A stretch of DNA of 64,000 nucleotides from an uncultured Pseudomonadota bacterium (lineage in GTDB: Bacteria > Myxococcota_A > Polyangia > Fen-1088), in contig CAWKBC010000030.1 of assembly GCA_963847705.1 (NCBI GenBank), forward strand, positions 64,001 through 128,000. Reading direction: 5' to 3'. The notes under the pieces are model-generated. The model ran no database searches, was not told the DNA's origin, and saw only the letters and a program-made list of their open reading frames with translations. The translations under genes were made by a program, and so were the position numbers. Position 1 is the first letter of the stretch. Each line of letters opens with the position of its first letter. Below, one piece after another: positions 33,563-41,683 of this stretch.

Positions 33563-34302
33563 GCCAAGAGGAGCTTCGAGGAGTGGTGCTGGCGGGCGGT
33601 ACGGGGTCGCGCCTCTTCCCGCTCACCAAGGTGACGAACAAGCACCTCCTGCCGATCGGGCGGGAGCCGATGATCTTCTATCCCGTCAAGAAGCTGGTCG
33701 AGGCGGGCATCCGCGAGATCCTGATCGTCACCGGCACCGAGCACATGGGCGACGTGGTGAGCCTGCTCGGCAGCGGCAAGGAGTTTGGCTGCGAGTTCAC
33801 CTACCGCGTGCAGGACGAAGCGGGCGGGATCGCGCAGGCGCTCGGGTTGGCGCGGCGCTTCGGTCGCGGCGGGCGACTGGCGGTGATCCTGGGCGACAAC
33901 ATCTTCGAGAGCTCCATCGCGCCGTTCGCGGAGGCTTATCGCCGGCAACCCGGCGGCGCCAAGGTGTTGCTGCAGGAGGTGCACGATCCGGGACGCTACG
34001 GCGTGGCGGTCACCGAGGCCGGCAAGGTGGTGCGGATCATCGAGAAGCCCAAGGATCCACCGACCAACCTGGCGGTGACCGGGATCTACTTCTACGACAC
34101 CGCGCTCCACGAGATCATCGCGGAGCTCAAGCCGTCCAAGCGCGGCGAGCTGGAGATCACCGACGTCAACAACGCCTACATCGCGCGCGGCGAGCTGACG
34201 TTCGACGTCCTGCCCGGATGGTGGACCGACGCCGGCACGTTCGAATCGCTGAAGCACGCGACCGACCTGGTCGAGAGCGCGCTCCGCGAAAAGACCCGCT
34301 AG
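33559..34302 (+). CDS. rfbA: Glucose-1-phosphate thymidylyltransferase (short form)
   Basis: 'LAGGTGSRLFPLT', 'LGDNIF', 'EKP', 'RGELEITD', 'WTDAGT'. Confidence 0.93.
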   Translation: MSQEELRGVVLAGGTGSRLFPLTKVTNKHLLPIGREPMIFYPVKKLVEAGIREILIVTGTEHMGDVVSLLGSGKEFGCEFTYRVQDEAGGIAQALGLARRFGRGGRLAVILGDNIFESSIAPFAEAYRRQPGGAKVLLQEVHDPGRYGVAVTEAGKVVRIIEKPKDPPTNLAVTGIYFYDTALHEIIAELKPSKRGELEITDVNNAYIARGELTFDVLPGWWTDAGTFESLKHATDLVESALREKTR

Positions 34303-36003
34303 AGACCGGATCAATTTAGGTCGCTGAGGGAAAAGCCTAAGCGTTTGGATCCCTTAGAAGAAAGGGGATCGACGCGGATCGCGGATTGTGATCAAACGGT
34401 TCCAGGAGGGAATCGATGGACACGATCTGGACGACCGAGACGACGCTGACGGGCCTGGAGGAGCGGATCGTCAAGCGGTGTGGAAAGCGGCGTGTCTTCG
34501 TGTTTCTGCGGGAGCTGCGGCACCGCATCTTCGACGAGGCCTTGCAGGCGAAGCTGGCCGCGGCTTACGCAGAGCTGGTGCGCGGAAAGGAGCGAATTCC
34601 GCCCGCTCAAGTGGCGATGGCACTCCTACTTCAGGCGGCGTTGGGCGTGCCCGATCACGAGGTCGTGGAGCTGACGGTCATGGACCGACGCTGGCAGATG
34701 GTGCTCGGATGCCTGGGTGCCGAGGAGCCCCTGTTTTCTCAGGGAACGCTCTTCAATTTCCGGCAGCGAATGATCGCCAAGGGCCTCGACCAGGAGCTGT
34801 TCGACAAAACGGTGGCTCTGGCGCGCGAAACCGGCGGTTTCAGTGCGACGCATCTACGAGCGGCGTTCGATGCGAGCCCGCTGTGGGGCGCTGGGCGAGT
34901 GGAGGACACCTTCAATCTCATCGGTCGTGCTGCGATGCACGTCGTTCGCACGGCCGCCGAGCGACTGGGGCGACCATTCGCCGAGGTCGCCGCCGAAGCA
35001 GGAATCCCGGTGGTGGCCGCGACAAGCATCAAGACCGGGCTGGACATCGACTGGGACGACCCGGACGCCAGGAAAATGGGCCTGACGAAGCTCCTGGCGC
35101 AGGTGCAGTCGCTGGAACGCTGGCTTGATCGGGAGCTCAAGGAGCAGCTGAAACAGCCACCGTTGAAGGAGCAGTGGACACTCGTACAGAAGCTGATTGC
35201 TCAAGACACGGAGCCAGATCCGGAAGGTGGGGGAGGACGAAGAATCACCGACGGCGTCGCCAAGGACAGGCGCATCAGCGTCAGCGACGCGGACATGCGC
35301 CACGGCCGCAAGAGCAAGCGGAAGCGCATCGACGGCTACAAGCGGCACATCGCCCTCGACGTCGACACACCCGGCTTGATCTGCGGCGTAGCCGTCACAC
35401 CAGCTAACCAGCCAGAGCGAACCGCGAGCGCGACGCTCCTCGCCGACTTGGACCGGCAGAGATTGAAGCTCAGCGAGCTCTTCATCGACCGCGGATACCT
35501 CGGCGACGAATCAATCGAAGAGCGGCGACAGGAAGGGCTGCAGGTGCACTGCAAGCCTTTCCCGCAGCGAAACGGTGACCTCTTCGACAAGGGTGATTTT
35601 CAGATCGATCTCGTCGAGAAGACCATCCGCTGCCCGGAGGGCATCATCGTGCCGCTACGCCTTGGCACCAACGCCCATTTTCCGGCCGCCAAGTGCGACC
35701 CCTGCTCCAAGCGCGACGCCTGCACTCGCGCCAAACCCGGCAGAGGCCGCAGTCTCAGCATTCACCCAAACGAGCCCTTCATGCTCGATCTCAGGAGCAA
35801 GGCCAAGTCCCCCGAAGGCCGCGCCAACCTCAGAACTCGAGTGAAGGTCGAGCACGGCCTCGCAACCATCCACTCACGCCAGGGCGACAAGGCCCGCTAC
35901 CGTGGCCTTCGAAAAAACCTCTTCGACGTCCGCCGGCACGCCGCCGTCGAAAACCTCTTCGTGATCGATCGCTTACAGCTGGCCGCCTAATTTGGTCGGC
36001 TCT
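34303..36003 (+). mobile_element. IS1182-family insertion sequence, 1701 bp, CTAG target duplication
   Basis: Left end AGACCGGATCAATTTAGG versus right-end reverse complement AGAGCCGACCAAATTAGG (14/18). CTAG at 34299-34302 and 36004-36007. Confidence 0.88.
34416..35990 (+). CDS. IS1182-family DDE transposase
   Basis: DUF772-like N-terminus, 'FDASP', 'DADMRHGRKS...GYK', 'DRGY', zinc-ribbon cysteines, 'RVKVEH', 'RYRG'. Confidence 0.92.
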   Translation: MDTIWTTETTLTGLEERIVKRCGKRRVFVFLRELRHRIFDEALQAKLAAAYAELVRGKERIPPAQVAMALLLQAALGVPDHEVVELTVMDRRWQMVLGCLGAEEPLFSQGTLFNFRQRMIAKGLDQELFDKTVALARETGGFSATHLRAAFDASPLWGAGRVEDTFNLIGRAAMHVVRTAAERLGRPFAEVAAEAGIPVVAATSIKTGLDIDWDDPDARKMGLTKLLAQVQSLERWLDRELKEQLKQPPLKEQWTLVQKLIAQDTEPDPEGGGGRRITDGVAKDRRISVSDADMRHGRKSKRKRIDGYKRHIALDVDTPGLICGVAVTPANQPERTASATLLADLDRQRLKLSELFIDRGYLGDESIEERRQEGLQVHCKPFPQRNGDLFDKGDFQIDLVEKTIRCPEGIIVPLRLGTNAHFPAAKCDPCSKRDACTRAKPGRGRSLSIHPNEPFMLDLRSKAKSPEGRANLRTRVKVEHGLATIHSRQGDKARYRGLRKNLFDVRRHAAVENLFVIDRLQLAA

Positions 36004-36050
36004 CTAGCTCGCCCGGAGGTCGACCACGGCGGTCGACCACGGATGGTTGA

Positions 36051-36599
36051 CTACGGGGGGAGCAAGCCGGCCGGAATGTCGGCCAGCAGCGGGTTCTCGC
36101 GATCCCGGTCCGAGACGATGGGATTCTCGACGCCCCAGGAGATCCCGAGCGTCGGATCGTCCCAGCGCACCCCGCGCTCGTCGCTGTTGTCGTAGAGCTC
36201 GTCGACCAGGTAGGTCATGAACGAGTCGACCAGGGCGCAGAAACCGTGGGCGACACCCTTGGGGATGTAGAGGCCGAACCGGGAGTCCGTGCCCAGCTCG
36301 ATCACCTCGCTCGCACCGCGGGTCGGTGAGGAGACCCGCATGTCGTAGAGCGCGGCGCGGACCCGACCCGACGGAACAATCCAAAAATCGGCCTGCTTGA
36401 GGTGATAGTGCAGGCCCCGCAGGACGGTGGCCTTGGAGAACGACACGTTTCCCTGCACCATGTCGCGCACGCCCGGGACCCACTGCCGCCGGTAGCTCTC
36501 GAAGAAGTAGCCGCGGCTGTCCTGGAAGGACTTCAGCGCCACGATGTAGACGCCTTTGATGCGGTCAGATTCGCGCGACGGCGTCGTGGTCGAGGACAT
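36051..36599 (-). CDS. rfbC: dTDP-4-dehydrorhamnose 3,5-epimerase
   Basis: 'DSRGYFFE', 'VLRGLHY', 'IPKGVAHGF', 'RWDDP', 'SDRD'. Confidence 0.95.
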   Translation of the reverse strand: MSSTTTPSRESDRIKGVYIVALKSFQDSRGYFFESYRRQWVPGVRDMVQGNVSFSKATVLRGLHYHLKQADFWIVPSGRVRAALYDMRVSSPTRGASEVIELGTDSRFGLYIPKGVAHGFCALVDSFMTYLVDELYDNSDERGVRWDDPTLGISWGVENPIVSDRDRENPLLADIPAGLLPP

Positions 36600-36604
36600 G
36601 ATGG

Positions 36605-37474
36605 CTACTCTAGCCGCATCTCTTCGGCCGCGAAAGCCCGGAGGGCCTCTTGCCAGGTCGACAGGGTGTCGAAACCGGTCTCACGGAGCATCCGGTTGTC
36701 GAGGATCGCGCGCCGGGGCCGGGGGGCCTTCATCGGCAGGGAGGCGGTCGGCACCCCCTCGACCTTTGTCGCCGGAAGACCGAGGATCTCGGCGGCGAAG
36801 CTGGCGAAGGCCGCCCAGGTCGTCTCGCCGTGCGAGGTGCAGTGGTAAAGGCCGTAGTGGTCGGTCGCCGCCAGTGCGGCCGAGACCCGGGCGACCTCCC
36901 GGACCCAGGTCGGCGAGCCGAGCCGCTCGCGGTCGGCGCGAACGGTTTCGCCCTTTCTCAGGCGGCGCACGATGGTCGAGGGAAAGTTTCGGCCGCTCCG
37001 TCCGTACAGGCACCCGACCCGCAGAATGAAGTGCCGCGCCGCCGCGTCCGCCACCGCCGCGTCGCCGGCCACCTTCGAGCGGGCGTAGCTCCCCTGGGGC
37101 GTGGGCGGATCCTTTTCGTCGTAAGGGCGGGCCTGCTCGCCGTCGAAGACGAAGTCGGTCGAGTAGTGGACCACGGCGGCGCCTGCGGCTGCGGACGCGC
37201 GCGCGACCGCGCGGGCCCCCGCCTCGTTCACGGCAAACGCGACCTCCGGTTCGAGCTCCGCCCGATCGACGTCCGTGTAGGCGGCCGCGTTGAAGACGGC
37301 CGTGGGCCGCGTCTCGGCGAACAGCGCCCGCAGGGCCGCCTCGTCCCGAATGTCGCACTCGCTGCGGGCGACGGCGGCGGCGACCGACCAACCGGCCAGC
37401 GGCAGTTGCTCACAGAGCGCCAGCCCCAGCGTCCCTCTCGCCCCCAGCACGATCGCTCTTCGTTCGTCGGCCAT
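36605..37474 (-). CDS. rfbD: dTDP-4-dehydrorhamnose reductase
   Basis: 'GARGTLG', 'NAAAYTDVD', 'STDFVFDG', 'YARSK', 'GSPT'; GAGGTG RBS before ATG 37474. Confidence 0.95.
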   Translation of the reverse strand: MADERRAIVLGARGTLGLALCEQLPLAGWSVAAAVARSECDIRDEAALRALFAETRPTAVFNAAAYTDVDRAELEPEVAFAVNEAGARAVARASAAAGAAVVHYSTDFVFDGEQARPYDEKDPPTPQGSYARSKVAGDAAVADAAARHFILRVGCLYGRSGRNFPSTIVRRLRKGETVRADRERLGSPTWVREVARVSAALAATDHYGLYHCTSHGETTWAAFASFAAEILGLPATKVEGVPTASLPMKAPRPRRAILDNRMLRETGFDTLSTWQEALRAFAAEEMRLE

Positions 37475-37479
37475 GTTGT

Positions 37480-38115
37480 TCACCTCGATCTGGTTCCGAT
37501 GCGAGCGGGACGCGCCGTCACCACCAGGCGCTTGTTGAGCTTCAGCAGGTTGGGCCGCCCCGCCCGATACGACATGTCCATGAACGACTGCATGATGTGC
37601 AGCCCCATGCCGGACTCGGGCAGCGCCTCGATGGCCGGGGGCTGCACCCGCGACGGATCGAACCCTGGTCCCCAGTCACGAAGCTCGATCTGGATGCGAC
37701 CGGGGCTCGTCTTGATTCGCAGATCGACCTCGGCGTCGCCGCTGCGGCGCGGGGCGCTCCCGACGTTCCCGTGCAGGACGATGTTGTTGAATCCCTCGCC
37801 GACGGCGGAGAGCACCTGATGGCGAAACTCGTCCCAGGCCGCGCCGCGCGGGCGCTCGGTCACCATTTTGCACGCCGTGGCCACCGCGCGAAGCGCAACG
37901 TCACGGTGCTCGAGGATGCCCCGAAGCTTCAGCCGCACCGTGCTCGGCGGAGAGACCGAGGCCCGCGTCCGAGAGGCGGCGGTCGTCGGGCTCCGTCGAA
38001 CCTTTCGGCGTTTGGGTGGGCTCAATGTGACTTTAGCTAACTCAAATCCAGAGTTCCGCGCCACCTCAAACTGGCGGCCGCCGCGGGACAGAAAGTAGTA
38101 AATCGATTTCCACAA
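37480..38115 (-). CDS. RsbW/SpoIIAB-like anti-sigma Ser kinase (HATPase_c_2); start uncertain
   Basis: N-box 'AVGEGFNNIVLHG', 'RDWGPGFD', 'ESGMGLHIM', 'NLLKLNK'. Confidence 0.85.
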   Translation of the reverse strand: MWKSIYYFLSRGGRQFEVARNSGFELAKVTLSPPKRRKVRRSPTTAASRTRASVSPPSTVRLKLRGILEHRDVALRAVATACKMVTERPRGAAWDEFRHQVLSAVGEGFNNIVLHGNVGSAPRRSGDAEVDLRIKTSPGRIQIELRDWGPGFDPSRVQPPAIEALPESGMGLHIMQSFMDMSYRAGRPNLLKLNKRLVVTARPARIGTRSR

Positions 38116-38297
38116 AGGATACGCGTAGGTAGACCCCCTACCTCTCCCGCCGCCCCGCGCCTGGCGGGCGAATTCGGGACCGGTCGGGCGGGGGGAGCCA
38201 CCTCGTCCGAACCGCGACGGCGACCTGGGGCACGTTCGTCCAATTCCCGAGCGTCGAGAAAGCCGATCTCTTAATATCCGGGTGGCTCGGGTCCAAC

Positions 38298-39689
38298 TTG
38301 CTTCGCCAACACGAAAACGTCGTCCACCGCATTCAGCGCCTGGCCGACATCCTGTGGGTCGTCGTCGCGCACATCGCGACCACCTTCGCCTATCGTCAGA
38401 CCTGGCGGAGCGAGTCGAGCAACGCGACGCTGGCGGCGGTGGTGGTCTTCATCGTCGCCGCGGAGCTGTGCAGCGTCTACCGCCCCTGGCGGGTCGAGCG
38501 GTTCCACGTCGAGCTGAGGATGGTCACCCTGGCCTGGCTGGGGACCGTGGCCACCCTGATGACCTTCGCGTTCGCCACGAAGACCTCCCTGGCGTACTCG
38601 CGGGTGGTGATCTTCGGTTGGTTCGTGCTGACGCCGGTGATTCTCTGTGGTTGGCGGATCGTGGTGCGGCTGGCGCTGCGGACGATGCGGCAGCAAGGGC
38701 GCAACATCCGCAACGTGGTGATCCTTGGCGCGACCGCCAACGCACGTGCGCTCTGCAAGGAGATCGCAGAGCGGCCCTGGTTCGGCCTGCGCGTCATGGG
38801 CGTCTACGACGACCGCAGCCCCGATCGGCGCGAAGACCTGAGTGACGTTTCCTGCGCCTTCGCCGGCAGCTCGAACGATCTGCTGGAGGTCTGCCGTTCC
38901 AACAAGGTCGACTCGGTCTACATCGCCTTGCCGATGCGGGCCGAGCCGCGCATCGCGCAGCTGCTCCAGGATCTCTCGAACACCACCGCGACGGTCTATC
39001 TGGTGGCCGACTTCTTCATGTTCAACCTGCTGAGCGCGCACTGGAGCACGATCGGCGAGATCGCGATCGTCAGCGCCCACGACACGCCCTTCAAGGGCGT
39101 GGACGGGGTCCTCAAGCGCTTCGAGGACATCGTGGTCGGCAGCATGATCCTCCTGGTCATCGCCATCCCGATGCTGCTCATCGCGATCGGCATCAAGCTG
39201 ACCTCGCCCGGGCCGGTCCTCTTTCGCCAGCGCCGCTACGGCCTGAACGGCAAGGAGATCCGTATCCTCAAGTTCAGGAGCATGACGGTCCTGGAGGACG
39301 GGCCCCAGGTCGTGCAGGCCAAACGCGGCGACGCCCGGATCACCAAGTTTGGTGCGTTCCTGCGCCGGACCTCCATGGATGAGCTCCCTCAGTTCCTGCA
39401 GGTGATCACCGGGAAGATCTCGATCGTCGGCCCGCGACCGCATGCGGTCGCGCACAACGAGACCTACCGCGCGCTGATCCGCGGCTACATGCTGCGCCAC
39501 AAGGTCAAGCCCGGCATCACCGGCTGGGCGCAGGTGAATGGATGGCGCGGCGAGACCCCGGACGTCTCCTGGATGGAGAAGAGAGTGAAGTACGATCTGC
39601 AATACATCCAGCGCTGGACGCTGCTGTGGGACTTGAAGATCATCTTGCTGACCATCTTCGGACGCAAGAAGAGCAACAACGCGTTCTAG
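38298..39689 (+). CDS. wcaJ: Undecaprenyl-phosphate glucose phosphotransferase (priming PHPT)
   Basis: 4 TM + CoA-binding-like region + 'KRFEDI', 'KFRSM', 'DELPQF', 'VGPRP', 'KPGITGWAQVNG'. Confidence 0.93.
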   Translation: MLRQHENVVHRIQRLADILWVVVAHIATTFAYRQTWRSESSNATLAAVVVFIVAAELCSVYRPWRVERFHVELRMVTLAWLGTVATLMTFAFATKTSLAYSRVVIFGWFVLTPVILCGWRIVVRLALRTMRQQGRNIRNVVILGATANARALCKEIAERPWFGLRVMGVYDDRSPDRREDLSDVSCAFAGSSNDLLEVCRSNKVDSVYIALPMRAEPRIAQLLQDLSNTTATVYLVADFFMFNLLSAHWSTIGEIAIVSAHDTPFKGVDGVLKRFEDIVVGSMILLVIAIPMLLIAIGIKLTSPGPVLFRQRRYGLNGKEIRILKFRSMTVLEDGPQVVQAKRGDARITKFGAFLRRTSMDELPQFLQVITGKISIVGPRPHAVAHNETYRALIRGYMLRHKVKPGITGWAQVNGWRGETPDVSWMEKRVKYDLQYIQRWTLLWDLKIILLTIFGRKKSNNAF

Positions 39690-39694
39690 CCGTC

Positions 39695-41065
39695 TCACTC
39701 TTTCGGCAAGCCCGGCCGCGGAATCGGTCGGGTGGTCGCGGTGAGGGAGAGGTAGGCCCAGATCTGGCGCTGATCAAACCGAAAGTTGGGCGTGTCCAGC
39801 GTCGGTCCCCGATTTGCCCACAAGCCTCCCAGCTCGGCGTAGAAGTTCTCCGTCACCCGTCGGCGAACCCGCAGGGAGAAGGAAAAGGCGGTCTCGTCGG
39901 GAGGGGTTTGAGTGGGGAGGACCGACACGTCCTCGAGGACGGTGGCGAAGTCTCCCCGCAGGGTGACCGTCCAGCTTGGAACTGACACGGCGGTCAGCTC
40001 GGCGGCCACCGAGCCACGTGGCAGGGCATTTCCGACGACGGGGTCGAGGAAGTAATCGACCCCCGCGAAGGCCCGGCCCAGGAACACGATCTCGTCCCGT
40101 CGCGCGAGGTGCAAGATCAGCTCGGCGGATCCAATCGGCGACACGGATTGCGTCTTCCCCTCGGGAAGCAACGGCTGGGCCTCGGGCGGCGGAGAACCAA
40201 CCAGGTGGAGGTAGGTCAAGCCGAGCCGCAGGTTGAGATCGGCGCCCCTGTCGAGGCGCCTCTTCCAGGTGCCATTCGGAGTCACACTGAGGGCTCCGGC
40301 GTCATACGAGTACTCGGCGAATCCGACGGCCGTGCCCAACCCCAGCGCGTCACGCGCAGTCAGGAGAAACGAGGCCGCAGGTTCGCCGCTCACCCACGTC
40401 TGGCTGGTGACGGTCCCGGGGGGGACGACCCCGATGTCCAACCACTGCCAGTGCGAGACCAGCCCGGCGAAGCTCACCCCCCAGCGCTGGGTGAGCTTGT
40501 CCACGACCTTGGCCTGTCCGCTCACGGATGCCAAATCGACGACCTTTGGCAGCGTCGGCTGGTCGCTCCCCAACACTTGAGGCAGGGCCGTGTAATCAGG
40601 TTCGCCGATCGAGCCGACGGCAGCGGCCGTCACCGTGACGCTTCGCGATGTCCGGGCGTCGAGGGTGAGCGCGAACGTGTGCAAGATGAGCGGTTCGGAC
40701 ACCGAGGACGGATTGGTTGGCTGGCCGGCCTGAGCAGGAGCTTGCTCCAACTCCGAGGAGGGATTGGGATACTCCCAAAAGATCCGAGGCGAGTACCAGG
40801 CCGAGAAGATGATCCCGGGATTGCGAAGCTCGAGAGCCAGGCGCGGGATCAGGATCTCCGCCACGAACGAGCGGGGGTCGCTTCCGGGCACGAGCGGAGC
40901 TTCTCCAGCTCGCGACTCGCTGGAGACACTTGCTTGCAGAGCGAGGATTCCAGGGACGAAACCGAGCCCCGCCGGCGAGTCCTGGGCACCGGCCTCGCCG
41001 GCGAGGCTGGCCTGGGCGCCCAGATCTCCCGACAGGAGGCAGAACGCAACCAGCGCCGCGCCCAC
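39695..41065 (-). CDS. Putative outer-membrane beta-barrel for polysaccharide export (EpsX/ExoB-like)
   Basis: Signal peptide, long run of amphipathic beta-strands, located directly after a short OPX gene. Confidence 0.65.
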   Translation of the reverse strand: MGAALVAFCLLSGDLGAQASLAGEAGAQDSPAGLGFVPGILALQASVSSESRAGEAPLVPGSDPRSFVAEILIPRLALELRNPGIIFSAWYSPRIFWEYPNPSSELEQAPAQAGQPTNPSSVSEPLILHTFALTLDARTSRSVTVTAAAVGSIGEPDYTALPQVLGSDQPTLPKVVDLASVSGQAKVVDKLTQRWGVSFAGLVSHWQWLDIGVVPPGTVTSQTWVSGEPAASFLLTARDALGLGTAVGFAEYSYDAGALSVTPNGTWKRRLDRGADLNLRLGLTYLHLVGSPPPEAQPLLPEGKTQSVSPIGSAELILHLARRDEIVFLGRAFAGVDYFLDPVVGNALPRGSVAAELTAVSVPSWTVTLRGDFATVLEDVSVLPTQTPPDETAFSFSLRVRRRVTENFYAELGGLWANRGPTLDTPNFRFDQRQIWAYLSLTATTRPIPRPGLPKE

Positions 41066-41074
41066 GGATGGTGC

Positions 41075-41683
41075 CTATTCTACGACCACGACGTCTCCGT
41101 CCTGCAGACGGAAACCTATCGCGTGCGGCTCGGCGGCCGTCAGATCGGCGGCGCGGAAACGGATCCGTTGGACCGTCGTTCCCTCGGTCCGGATCACGAA
41201 GATCCGGTCCTTGTTGGCGAACTCGCTCAACCAACCCGCCGTCGCCAGCGCCGCCATCACCCCGCGGCTTCGCGTCAGCTCGTACGCGCCGGGGACCTTG
41301 ACCTCACCGACGACGTGCACCCGAACCGCTGCGATCTTGAGGATGGCAACCGTCACCTCCGGTTTCACCAGCACGCCGGTGAGGCTGGTTTCGAGCTCGG
41401 CAACCACCGTCCCGGTGGTCTTGCCACCGACGCTGACGGCCCCCACGGTCGGCTGGGGATAGTCGCCGCGATCGCCCACCAGGAACTCGCCCGAGAGCGC
41501 TGGCTGATTCTTCACGGTGACCAGAATCGTGTCGCGGGGCTCGATCGTCGAGCTGTCGGTCGGAGCGACCGGCAGATCTTGGACCCAGCGGAACGCGTGC
41601 TCCGTGACGCACCCGAGCGCCGCGGAGCCCAACGTCAAGGTGACGACCAACGCGATCCTGACGGCGGATCTCTCGCCCATCAA
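41075..41683 (-). CDS. wza: Short OPX polysaccharide export lipoprotein (Poly_export + one SLBB, no OM helix)
   Basis: Lipobox 'ALGC', 'IEPRDTILV...PTVGAVSVGGKT', 'VVGEVKVPGAY'; ends 'LQDGDVVVVE'. Confidence 0.9.
   Translation of the reverse strand: MMGERSAVRIALVVTLTLGSAALGCVTEHAFRWVQDLPVAPTDSSTIEPRDTILVTVKNQPALSGEFLVGDRGDYPQPTVGAVSVGGKTTGTVVAELETSLTGVLVKPEVTVAILKIAAVRVHVVGEVKVPGAYELTRSRGVMAALATAGWLSEFANKDRIFVIRTEGTTVQRIRFRAADLTAAEPHAIGFRLQDGDVVVVE

Noticed and set aside
38116-38297. ops/JUMPstart element upstream of wcaJ
   Set aside because: No GGCGGTAG match found by eye.
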